Origin: an uncultured Bacillota bacterium
GTDB taxonomy: Bacteria > Sysuimicrobiota > Sysuimicrobiia > Sysuimicrobiales > Segetimicrobiaceae
Reading direction: 5' to 3'
Assembly (NCBI GenBank): GCA_963804645.1
Contig: CAWDRG010000009.1
Coordinates: 992,001 to 1,056,000 of the forward strand
Length of the DNA: 64,000 nucleotides
Positions 29,969 to 38,142 of the stretch are shown here, piece after piece; positions within the stretch are counted from its first letter, which is position 1; the number at the start of each line of letters is the position of its first letter. The position numbers and the translations under genes were made by a program. The notes under the pieces were generated by a model, which worked only from the letters and a program-made list of their open reading frames with translations, ran no database searches and had not been told where the DNA came from.

Positions 29969-31099
29969 CTAGGCGGCGAACCGGTCGAGCCGGAACAGGT
30001 TGAGATCCCACCGGCTGCGCCCGTCCGTCGCGAGTTCGGCCATGATCTCCCCGACGACGCTCGCGAACTTGAATCCGTGGCCCGAGAAGCCCGCGGCGAT
30101 GGAGACCTGCGGACATTCGGGATGGACGTCCAGGATGAAGTGTTCGTCCGGGCTGTTCGTGAACAGACACGTCTTGAGGGCCATCGTCGGCCCGTCGGCG
30201 TCGGGAAAGTACAGGCGGATGCCCTCGCGCAGCACCGCCTCGTCCTGGGGGTGGATCGCCCGGTCGACGCGGTCGGCGTCCGTGGCCTCATCCCGGTGGT
30301 GGTACTTCCCGAACTTGAACCCCGGGACGCCGTACTCCGGGAAGCCGTAGAACCGTCCGGCCGGTCCTTCCATATTAAAGACGGGGAACGTGTCGAGCCG
30401 GAACCGCTCCGGCCGCAGCGGCCGCGTCCAGATCAGCACCTGACGCTCCGGCACGGCGAGGCGCGCCAGCGCCGGCACGAGTTTCGACGCCCACGGCCCG
30501 GCCGTCAGCACGAGCTTGGCGGCCGTGTACGCGTGCCGGGAGGTCCGGACCCGCACCCCGCCGCCGTCGGGCTCCCAGGCGACCACCGGCTCGCGGGCGC
30601 GTACCTCGGCCCCCGCGTCGTGCGCGGCATTCACGTAGGCGACGATGGCGCGCTCCGACATCACGAACCCGCCGTCCGGCTGGTACACCCCGACCATGTC
30701 GGACGGCAGGCGGTACCCCGGGAAGCGCGCGTGCAGCGCGTCTGCGTCGAGGGTTTCGTGGTGGAGGTGGTGCAGCTCGCACGACCGCAGCGATCCGCGG
30801 ATGGTGGCGCTGTCCCTGGGGCCCGCGTCGATGCTGCCGGTGATGAGCAGCAGGCGCTCCGACGAGAGGTGCTCGATCTCGCGCCACAGCTCGTAGGCGC
30901 GGCGCAGCAGCGGGACGTAGGACGGGTGCTCCCAGTACGCGAGGCGGATGATGCGGTTCGTGCCGTGCGACGACCCCTGGTCGTGGGGGATGTCGAACTG
31001 CTCGAGGCCGAGCACGCGCAGCCCGCGGCGCGCGAGCTGGTACACGGTCGCGCTGCCCATCCCGCCGACCCCGACCACGATGACGTCGTAGTGCGCCAC
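29969..31099 (-). CDS. solA: N-methyl-L-tryptophan oxidase / monomeric sarcosine oxidase family (FAD)
   Basis: GVGGMGS, GSSHGTNRIIRLAY, TCLFTNSPD.HFILD and GFSGHGFKF; GGAGG RBS favours the GTG at 31099. Confidence 0.88.
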   Translation of the reverse strand: MAHYDVIVVGVGGMGSATVYQLARRGLRVLGLEQFDIPHDQGSSHGTNRIIRLAYWEHPSYVPLLRRAYELWREIEHLSSERLLLITGSIDAGPRDSATIRGSLRSCELHHLHHETLDADALHARFPGYRLPSDMVGVYQPDGGFVMSERAIVAYVNAAHDAGAEVRAREPVVAWEPDGGGVRVRTSRHAYTAAKLVLTAGPWASKLVPALARLAVPERQVLIWTRPLRPERFRLDTFPVFNMEGPAGRFYGFPEYGVPGFKFGKYHHRDEATDADRVDRAIHPQDEAVLREGIRLYFPDADGPTMALKTCLFTNSPDEHFILDVHPECPQVSIAAGFSGHGFKFASVVGEIMAELATDGRSRWDLNLFRLDRFAA

Positions 31100-31258
31100 T
31101 GGCGGCACCTCCAGAGGCCCCGTTTCGGAGCCTACGGTGATGATTCGGTCGCGCTCTACGCGGCCCTGCCGCCTGGTGTTGCTCGGGGGTCCGAGCTGGT
31201 GGCGGACCTCAGGCGCCGGGACACAGCGTCCGGCGGCCTCCGCCGCACCGCAGTCGCA

Positions 31259-33346
31259 TCAGGCGATCGGATGCGGGTTTGTCTCGACCGCACTCGAGCG
31301 TAATCGATCAAGCCGCGGGTTCTTCACTCTGGGGTGTGCGCTGCCGAAGTATATCGGCTGCATATACACTCCGAACGCGCGCACCACACGGATCGGCGCC
31401 AGCTTGACGTCCGGCGAGGTCACGTCGACGGCGGCGGTTCGGATGCCGGCCTCAAGTAATCGGGACACGCAGGTTGAAAGGTTGGCGGGCTCGCGATAGC
31501 TGGAGCGCAGGCTGGCGAGCGAGGCGGGCGCCTCCGTATCGCCGCGAAACGAATCCAGGCCGGTCGCATGCGCGGGATGCACGTAATAGAGTGCATGATC
31601 CAGGCTGGTCACGACATCCTCGTTCTTCAGAACGTCGCGATGCCTGCCGTCTCGCATCAATCGGCGCATGTACGCGCCGTAGTGGCCGTGTTCAAAGACC
31701 GCTCGCTGCAACGCGATATCGATATCCGGGTGAGTCCCGAGTCCGATAGTGACACCGGGCCACGAATGCCCGTCACCTAATCCGAGACAGACACACGTGG
31801 GATGGCGCGTGCCCACGTCGAGCACATACAGTTCCGTGGTTGCGCCCAGACGCTCAGTGTCCCGCAACGCCTGAGACGTGGCGTGATCGCAACCATCTTC
31901 CGCAACGCGCCGACCCGGGCGTCGCGCAAGCCAGAAGAGCATGAACGCATCACGCTCAATCAACTCGTACAGCGCGCGCAACGCTGCGTCTTCGAGGGTC
32001 GTACCGGCAGCGAGACCGCTACTCGTCGTTTGGCAAAAGCGTTCGTCGGCGGCGACCGGAAAATTCATATATGTTGCGAGCGCGGGGACCTGCACCAGTT
32101 CGTTCGTGTCGAGCCAATGCCCGGGGGCCCACAGCATGCGCCGGTCGGGGTCGAAGCGCGAATACGGAAACCCGGGTCGTGCATACACCGCATCGTCGTA
32201 CAAAACCAGCCAGCGCGGATCGAACGCCCGGTCCGCCAGCGTGCTGAATGGCGCGTACGTGAGTGTAGATACGTCCCAGAGCGACGCGGCGTACCGCTCG
32301 AGACCTTCTCCCAACGCACTGCGAATCGCATCCTCGCGGGTGGCACCCTTGCCCTCGCCATTGAAACTCGGACGCAGACCGTGTCCGTCGCGGTACGGAG
32401 CCATGACGACGCTGCTGCAGGACGGCACGACCGCTGTGTCGGTCCCGTCGCCGTCGTAGAGCAGCACTCGCCGCACGAGCCCGGCCCGAGGATCGGCGAG
32501 CAGCCGCAGCTCTTCCGGGACGTGCAGCGAGTGCGTCAATGACGCGAGTTTTGACGGACCCACTATTGCTGCGGCCCCGCCGCACGTCTCGCACCAGGGC
32601 ATCGGCAGCACCGAGTGCAGCGTAGAGATTTCGTCGCCTTGGATGACGACGCATCCGTAGGCCGCGACATCGGGATAGCGAAGCGCAAGGAGCACGTTCT
32701 CGGCGGCGACGCGAGCTGCAACGGGCTCCTCCAGGGCTCGCGGGTGGCTTGCGCCAGAGATTGAGTCGAACAGGCGCAGTCTGCAGCAGTTCCAGCAGGC
32801 CGTGTGCATCGGGATAGCCAAAGGCCCGTAGAAGACTTCCGAGCCGTGCCTCCAGATTGGCATCGATCGAAGGCGGGCTTGGTGGATGTGTCGCACCAGC
32901 CGCAGCGCATCATGAACATCCAGACCGGAAAGGTCGATGATTGCGAACGCGCTGTCCGCCGCCGTTTCGCGCGCGCGGATCCCGAACCCAACCAGGTGAT
33001 CCATCACGCGGGTCGTCAACGCGGTCTGCCGGGGCGCCCACACAGAGGCTTCGTCATCGGACGACGCGGTATGCGCGGTCTGAGCCGAGGATATCCGGAC
33101 GATATCGGCGTCCTCGAGTTGACGACCAAGAACGTCAACCCAGTCACGTGAGTAAGGAAGATCCTCCCCGCGTATCTCGCCTGCGTTCCCGAGCGCGGGG
33201 AGGACCTCGAACATAAGACCATGCGCTGAATCCTTGTTTAGGCGAAAACACCCCTTCGACGACGAAACAATCGCACCGTCGCGCGTCGCCGCTATCCGGA
33301 CGTTGGGCGCGAGGCGAATGCGATTGCTATCCGCCTCTGGCGCCAC
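31259..33346 (-). CDS. Fused RRE / E1-like (TOMM C) / YcaO cyclodehydratase-type protein, 695 aa
   Basis: YcaO ATP-binding motifs GKG..SALGEGLERY, TSSGLAAG and ALYELIERDA; Pro-rich C-terminus PHPIA; E1-like region with GP....TACWNC and PWCETC Cys pairs; N-terminal RRE-like beta/alpha segment. Confidence 0.88.
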   Translation of the reverse strand: MAPEADSNRIRLAPNVRIAATRDGAIVSSSKGCFRLNKDSAHGLMFEVLPALGNAGEIRGEDLPYSRDWVDVLGRQLEDADIVRISSAQTAHTASSDDEASVWAPRQTALTTRVMDHLVGFGIRARETAADSAFAIIDLSGLDVHDALRLVRHIHQARLRSMPIWRHGSEVFYGPLAIPMHTACWNCCRLRLFDSISGASHPRALEEPVAARVAAENVLLALRYPDVAAYGCVVIQGDEISTLHSVLPMPWCETCGGAAAIVGPSKLASLTHSLHVPEELRLLADPRAGLVRRVLLYDGDGTDTAVVPSCSSVVMAPYRDGHGLRPSFNGEGKGATREDAIRSALGEGLERYAASLWDVSTLTYAPFSTLADRAFDPRWLVLYDDAVYARPGFPYSRFDPDRRMLWAPGHWLDTNELVQVPALATYMNFPVAADERFCQTTSSGLAAGTTLEDAALRALYELIERDAFMLFWLARRPGRRVAEDGCDHATSQALRDTERLGATTELYVLDVGTRHPTCVCLGLGDGHSWPGVTIGLGTHPDIDIALQRAVFEHGHYGAYMRRLMRDGRHRDVLKNEDVVTSLDHALYYVHPAHATGLDSFRGDTEAPASLASLRSSYREPANLSTCVSRLLEAGIRTAAVDVTSPDVKLAPIRVVRAFGVYMQPIYFGSAHPRVKNPRLDRLRSSAVETNPHPIA

Positions 33347-33530
33347 CGGCAGCGGGACCGGTTGCTCCGGCGCTTCCTGCCTCGCTGAGCACTTTCAGGG
33401 CTTTCATGAAGGTCTCGCCACACGGCTCGCATTGATTGCATTCCATGCACTGGAAGCGCCTTGCGATGATCGAACTGATGGTCGCCAGGGAGTCGACGAT
33501 CTTTTCCATATCGTACTGCTTTCCCGGCAT
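33327..33530 (-). CDS. Small Cys-rich peptide (67 aa), putative YcaO substrate / RiPP precursor
   Basis: GGAGG 6 nt upstream of the ATG; own promoter; CMECNQCEPC motif; 3' end overlaps the YcaO start by 20 nt. Confidence 0.75.
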   Translation of the reverse strand: MPGKQYDMEKIVDSLATISSIIARRFQCMECNQCEPCGETFMKALKVLSEAGSAGATGPAAGGARGG

Positions 33531-33633
33531 AGGTCGCCTCCATTGGGCATGATAGTCGTCCTCGAGCGCGAAACGCTAGCTGAGCCTTTGGGACACCGAG
33601 AGGAGCACTACGAGACAAGATCGTTACACAGCC

Positions 33634-33677
33634 ATTGTGGGGATAGCGGTTGAAGGGGTCAACCCTCAAAAGGTCAA
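33634..33677 (-). promoter_or_regulatory. Sigma70-like promoter with overlapping palindrome, driving the peptide-YcaO unit
   Basis: Minus strand TTGACC (33662-33657), 17 bp spacer, CACAAT (33639-33634); a second TTGACC at 33677-33672; imperfect palindrome TTGA.GG-N6-CC.TCAA at 33650-33669. Confidence 0.55.
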
Positions 33678-33992
33678 TTACGCGGTCGCGAACGATAGCA
33701 GGAACCTGCCTGATAACTATCCCGTCGCGGCGACGAAGATATCTCGCCCCTGTTCGAACCGCCGATCGGGCCCGGATAGGTGATCTTAGCGACCGTGTTT
33801 CGGCCCCGTTCGGCGGTCGGCGTCGTCGTCATCGGATTGATCCGCGAGCGGCGCGAGGCCGGTATCTCGCCGTCGGCACTCAGGCAGGAATCGTGATCGG
33901 CGCGGCCCAAGGGGATGCGCGCGGCGGTCGACCGGGTGCGGATGGGCGCCGGTCGCGCGTCGATGCGAATGATCCCTACGCGGGGTGTGCGT

Positions 33993-35384
33993 GTGGCCGA
34001 GGTCGACAGATACGATGCGATCGTAATCGGATCCGGGCAGGGCGGAAACCCGCTCGCGGAAGCGTTGGCCGGAGCCGGCCGCCGGGTCGCCATGATTGAA
34101 CGGAAGCACGTCGGTGGCACCTGCGTCAACGAGGGCTGCACCCCGACGAAGACGATGGTGGCGAGCGCCCGGATCGCGTATCTCGCCCGCCGCGCGTCGG
34201 ACTACGGGGTGCGCGCCGGCACCGTGACGGTGGACATGACGGCGGTGCGGCGCCGCAAGCGCAGGATCGTCAACCTCTGGCGGAGCGGGAGCGAGCGCGG
34301 CCTGAAGAAGGCGGCGGGCCTGGACCTGATCCGGGGGGAGGCGCGGTTTGAGGGGCCGCGGCGCGTCGCGGTGGCCCTCTCGCGCGGCGGCACGCGCGAG
34401 CTGGTCGCGGACCAGATCTTCATCAACGCCGGCGCGCGGCCGGCGCGGCCCGCGGTCCCGGGGCTCGAGACCGTCCCGGTGCTCGATTCGACGTCGATCA
34501 TGGAGCTCGGGGTCCTTCCGCGGCACCTGCTGGTGCTCGGCGGCGGCTACATCGGCTTGGAGTTCGGGCAGATGTTCCGGCGATTCGGCAGTGCGGTGAC
34601 GATCGTCCACCGCCACGGGCGCCTGCTCGATCGGGAAGACCCGGACATCGCCGACGCGATCGAGGGCGTGCTGCGCCAGGACAAGGTGAAGCTCGTGCTG
34701 GACGCCCAGACGCTGCGGGCGGCGCCGGGGCCGGGGCGGACGATCCGCCTGACCGTGCGCGCGTCAGGGGCCCGGTCGCCGCGCACGCTCACCGGCTCCC
34801 ACCTCCTCGCGGCCACCGGGCGCGTGCCCAACACCGATCGTCTCAACGCGGCGGCCGCCGGCGTCGAGCTCGATGCCCGCGGCTTCGTTCGCGTCAACGA
34901 GCGTCTCGAAACGACCGCGCCCAGCGTGTACGCGCTCGGCGACATCAAAGGCGGGCCGGCGTTCACCCACATCTCGTACGACGACTTCCGCATTCTCGAG
35001 ACCAATCTGCTGCGGGGCGGGCAGGCGACGACCCGCGACCGATTCGTGCCGTATACCGTGTTCACGGACCCCGAACTGGGCCGGGTCGGTCTCGGCGAGA
35101 CCGAGGCGCGCGCGCAGGGGCGCGCGATCCGGGTGTTTTCGATGCCGATGCGGCGGGTCGCGCGCGCGGTGGAGATGGACGAACCGCGGGGGACCATGAA
35201 GGTGGTCGTGGACGCGCGGTCCGGGCAGATTCTGGGGTGCGCGGTCCTCGGGATCTTCGGCGGCGAGCTGATGTCCCTGATCGAGGTCGCGATGATGGGC
35301 GGCCTGCCGTATACGGCGCTGCGGGATGCGACGCTCGCCCATCCGACGCTCTCGGAGGCCTTCAACAACCTGTTCGACCGCTAG
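33993..35384 (+). CDS. Flavoprotein disulfide reductase (mercuric-reductase-like / RclA-like; lacks the MerA C-terminal Cys pair)
   Basis: GSGQGG, redox-active [25 protein letters not shown] and HPTLSE. Confidence 0.88.
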   Translation: MAEVDRYDAIVIGSGQGGNPLAEALAGAGRRVAMIERKHVGGTCVNEGCTPTKTMVASARIAYLARRASDYGVRAGTVTVDMTAVRRRKRRIVNLWRSGSERGLKKAAGLDLIRGEARFEGPRRVAVALSRGGTRELVADQIFINAGARPARPAVPGLETVPVLDSTSIMELGVLPRHLLVLGGGYIGLEFGQMFRRFGSAVTIVHRHGRLLDREDPDIADAIEGVLRQDKVKLVLDAQTLRAAPGPGRTIRLTVRASGARSPRTLTGSHLLAATGRVPNTDRLNAAAAGVELDARGFVRVNERLETTAPSVYALGDIKGGPAFTHISYDDFRILETNLLRGGQATTRDRFVPYTVFTDPELGRVGLGETEARAQGRAIRVFSMPMRRVARAVEMDEPRGTMKVVVDARSGQILGCAVLGIFGGELMSLIEVAMMGGLPYTALRDATLAHPTLSEAFNNLFDR

Positions 35385-35501
35385 GCGCACGGGCGTCCGA
35401 CAGGGCGCGGCGCGTCCGCGGCGGAACTCTTCGATGCGTGGCGCGGGCATGGGCGCCCCGCCGCGCGGGTCCGTACGATTCGACGCCCGAGGAGGCGTGC
35501 C

Positions 35502-36353
35502 GTGGCTCGACATCTCGTGTGCCTCACGTTCGACTTCGACGCGATCTCGAACTGGATCCACCGCGGCGCCGTGACCCCGACCCAGATTTCGCGCGGGGAG
35601 TTCGGGCTGGTCGGCGCCGCGCGCATCCTCGAGTTGATGCGGGCGCGGGGGATCGCCACCACGTGGTTCATTCCGGGGCATACGCTGGACACGTATCCGG
35701 AGATGTGCCGGCGCGTGCACGCGGAGGGCCACGAGATCGGCAACCACGGCTACCTGCACGAGCCGCCGGCGACGCTCACGGCCGCCGAGGAAGAGGCGGT
35801 GCTGGTCCGCGGCAACGAGGCGATCCGGCGCATCACGGGCGCCGATCCCATCGGCTATCGGTCGCCGGCGTGGGACCTGAGCCCGCACACGGTGCCGCTG
35901 CTGCTCAAGTACGGATTCACGTACGACAGCAGCATGATGGCGCACGACTGCCACCCCTACCGGGCTCGGCAGGGCGACGAGTTCGCTCCAGACCGGCCGG
36001 TGCGGTGGGGCACCCCCACGACGCTCGTCGAGATGCCGATCGCCTGGTCCACGGACGACTTCCCGCACTTCGAATACGCGCGCCGGGGGGATACGGTGCT
36101 GCCGGGACTCCGCCGCGGTGGCGACGTGCTGGAGAACTGGGTCGACGACTTCCGGTACATGGTCCAGCACGAAGAATGGGGCGTGCTGACATACACGTTT
36201 CATCCCCAGGTCTCGGGGCGGGGCCACCGGATGCTGGTGCTGGAGCGGCTGATTGATGCGCTCCGGGAGTTGGGCGCCACGTTCGTCCGGATGGACGCCG
36301 CGGTCGCGGAATTCGTCCGGTGGGAAGCCCGGCGGCGGGCCGGCTCGGCGTAG
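35502..36353 (+). CDS. Polysaccharide deacetylase family (PuuE/PgdA-like) protein
   Basis: TFDFDA, TWFIPG, HEIGNHGYLHE, GYRSP, YDSS and [14 protein letters not shown]. Confidence 0.88.
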   Translation: MARHLVCLTFDFDAISNWIHRGAVTPTQISRGEFGLVGAARILELMRARGIATTWFIPGHTLDTYPEMCRRVHAEGHEIGNHGYLHEPPATLTAAEEEAVLVRGNEAIRRITGADPIGYRSPAWDLSPHTVPLLLKYGFTYDSSMMAHDCHPYRARQGDEFAPDRPVRWGTPTTLVEMPIAWSTDDFPHFEYARRGDTVLPGLRRGGDVLENWVDDFRYMVQHEEWGVLTYTFHPQVSGRGHRMLVLERLIDALRELGATFVRMDAAVAEFVRWEARRRAGSA

Positions 36354-36379
36354 GCGGCGCCTGATCGAGCGAGCGCCGG

Positions 36380-37441
36380 CTACCGCGCTCTGGTGATTTT
36401 GCGCAGCCCCCTGGGGTGGTCGGGATCGTGGCCGCGCGCGCGAGCGAGATGGTAGGCCAGCAGCTGCATCGGGATCGCGTACACGTGGGGGCTGAGCCGT
36501 TCGTCCGGCGTCGCGGGGACCTCGATGGGCAGGGCGGCCAAGCGGAGGACCGTCCGGTCTGACGAGCAGATGACGGTCTGCGCGCGCCGGTCCTTGAGCC
36601 GCGCGGCGAGCGAGGCGAGACCCGCCAGCACCCGCCCGGGCGGGGCGGCGATCAGCACCGGAAACCCACGGGCGATCACCGCGATCGGTCCGTGGAGGAG
36701 ATCCACCGCGGAGATCGGCTCGGCCGCCACGTAGCAGGTCTCTTTGAGCTTGAGGGCGGCTTCGCGCGCCGTCGCATAGTTGTAGCCGCGCGAGGTGACC
36801 ACGCACTCGACGATGCGGCGCCACCGGCCCGCGACGGTCCGCACCCGGTCGTTGGCGCCGAGCGCTGCCGCGAGAAGACGCGGCAGGTCGCGGTGGGCGC
36901 GGAGCAGGCGGCGATTGGCGGTCGCCTCGGCGATCAGCAGGCTGAGCGCGGTCAGCTGCGCCGTGTAGGTCTTGGTGGCCGCCACGCTGCGCTCGGGACC
37001 GGCGTGGAGGAGCACCGTGTCGTGGGCCGCGCGTGCGAGGGGCGAGTCCTCCCGGTTGGTCACGGCGATCGTGCGGGCTCCGCAGGCGCGCCCGGCCTCG
37101 AGGAACTCCACGATGTCCGGGGATGCCCCGGACTGCGACAGGCCAATGACGAGAGCCCGGCGCAGCCGCAGGCGCGCGCGGTACACGGTGAGGACTGACG
37201 GGGCGGCGAGCGAGACAGGAACGCCCCACACCGTTTCAATGAGATAGCGGCCGTAGAGTGCCGCGTTGTCGGAAGTGCCGCGCGCGGCGAGCACGACCAG
37301 ATCCGGCGGCGTGCGGCGGAGCCGCCTACCGAGCGCGGCGATCGCGGTCCCCTCCAGGTCGCAGACGCGCGCCACCGCGTCCGGCTGCTCGGCAATCTCT
37401 TGCCGCATCCACCGGCCGGGATCCGTGCGGGACGGCGGCAT
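36380..37441 (-). CDS. SIS-domain sugar-phosphate isomerase/deaminase (GlmS C-terminal-like)
   Basis: MRQEIAEQP, ARGTSDNA, SQSG, SVAATKTY, EAALKLKE, HGP and PD.PRGL.K. Confidence 0.88.
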   Translation of the reverse strand: MPPSRTDPGRWMRQEIAEQPDAVARVCDLEGTAIAALGRRLRRTPPDLVVLAARGTSDNAALYGRYLIETVWGVPVSLAAPSVLTVYRARLRLRRALVIGLSQSGASPDIVEFLEAGRACGARTIAVTNREDSPLARAAHDTVLLHAGPERSVAATKTYTAQLTALSLLIAEATANRRLLRAHRDLPRLLAAALGANDRVRTVAGRWRRIVECVVTSRGYNYATAREAALKLKETCYVAAEPISAVDLLHGPIAVIARGFPVLIAAPPGRVLAGLASLAARLKDRRAQTVICSSDRTVLRLAALPIEVPATPDERLSPHVYAIPMQLLAYHLARARGHDPDHPRGLRKITRAR

Positions 37442-37446
37442 GCGGC

Positions 37447-38007
37447 CTACAGGAGACGCGCCGCGACGTCGTCGGCGGTGAGTTCGATCAGCGCGCCGCC
37501 CGTCGTCCCATTGCCCATCGTGCAGTTGACGACGAGAGTCGCGCCCACGCGCTCGATCCCCGCGGACTCGTGCACATGCCCGCAGGTCAGCACGCGCGGG
37601 TGCGCGCGCTGGACCAGGTCCAGGACGTGCCGCGTGCCGATCCGGTGCCCCGAGCGCGCGAGGTCGAGCGTGCCGGCCGGTGGTTCGTGCACGACGAGGA
37701 CGTCGCACGCCGACGTGACGCGCGGGCCGCCGAACGACACGCCGTCGATGACGACGGGATCGGGGCCCGCCAATCCCCCGCGCCGGGCGATCTCCGCCGC
37801 CGCGTGGAGGCCGTCGACGTTGCCCGCCACCGCCAGCACGGGCACCGAAAACGCGCCGAGCAGGTCGAGCGCGTCCTCGCCGTGGCCCGTGTCGGTGAGA
37901 TCGCCCGGCAGCAGCACCACCGCGGGGGCGTGCTCGGCGACGAGCTCGCGCACGCGCGCGATGCGCTCGGGACGGCCGTGCAGGTCGGCGCACGCGAGGA
38001 TTCGCAC
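37447..38007 (-). CDS. Metallophosphoesterase (Icc-related)
   Basis: ADLHG, GDL, GNVD, HEPP and CGHVHE motifs. Confidence 0.82.
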   Translation of the reverse strand: MRILACADLHGRPERIARVRELVAEHAPAVVLLPGDLTDTGHGEDALDLLGAFSVPVLAVAGNVDGLHAAAEIARRGGLAGPDPVVIDGVSFGGPRVTSACDVLVVHEPPAGTLDLARSGHRIGTRHVLDLVQRAHPRVLTCGHVHESAGIERVGATLVVNCTMGNGTTGGALIELTADDVAARLL

Positions 38008-38142
38008 CCGGTATCCTTCGACGCGGCCGTGCGCGGTTCTTGCGAGCACGGCCGACGGCAGGGAGCGGCGACGCGCGGCGGGAAGACCTGCCCGAGAGCC
38101 GTGTCGCGGCGCGAGCGCGATGGGCAGCGGGAGGACGTGGCG

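Noticed and set aside
28473..31099. solA and amidase as the missing dehydrogenase and protease of the YcaO system
   Set aside because: They are co-directional but have host-like GC, a 160-bp gap and ordinary MSOX/amidase motifs. Azoline oxidases are FMN nitroreductase-fold proteins, not DAO-family. Not fully excluded without synteny data.
31259..33346. Thioamide-forming YcaO (TfuA-associated) interpretation
   Set aside because: There is no tfuA in the window, and the E1-like fusion plus Pro-containing C-terminus fit the azoline-forming class better.
33420..33449. Peptide as a ferredoxin
   Set aside because: Spacing is CxxCxxCxxC rather than CxxCxxCxxxCP, and there is no second cluster motif or beta-strand pattern.
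31116..33813. Near-direct repeat GGCCCCGTT(T)CGG at 31116-31128 and 33802-33813 as possible att/target sites of the YcaO islet
   Set aside because: Only 9 bp are exact in GC-rich DNA, the left copy is part of a hairpin next to the solA RBS, and no integrase is present; chance is likely.
33993..35384. Mercury resistance gene merA
   Set aside because: No C-terminal Cys pair, no NmerA domain, and no merR/T/P genes.
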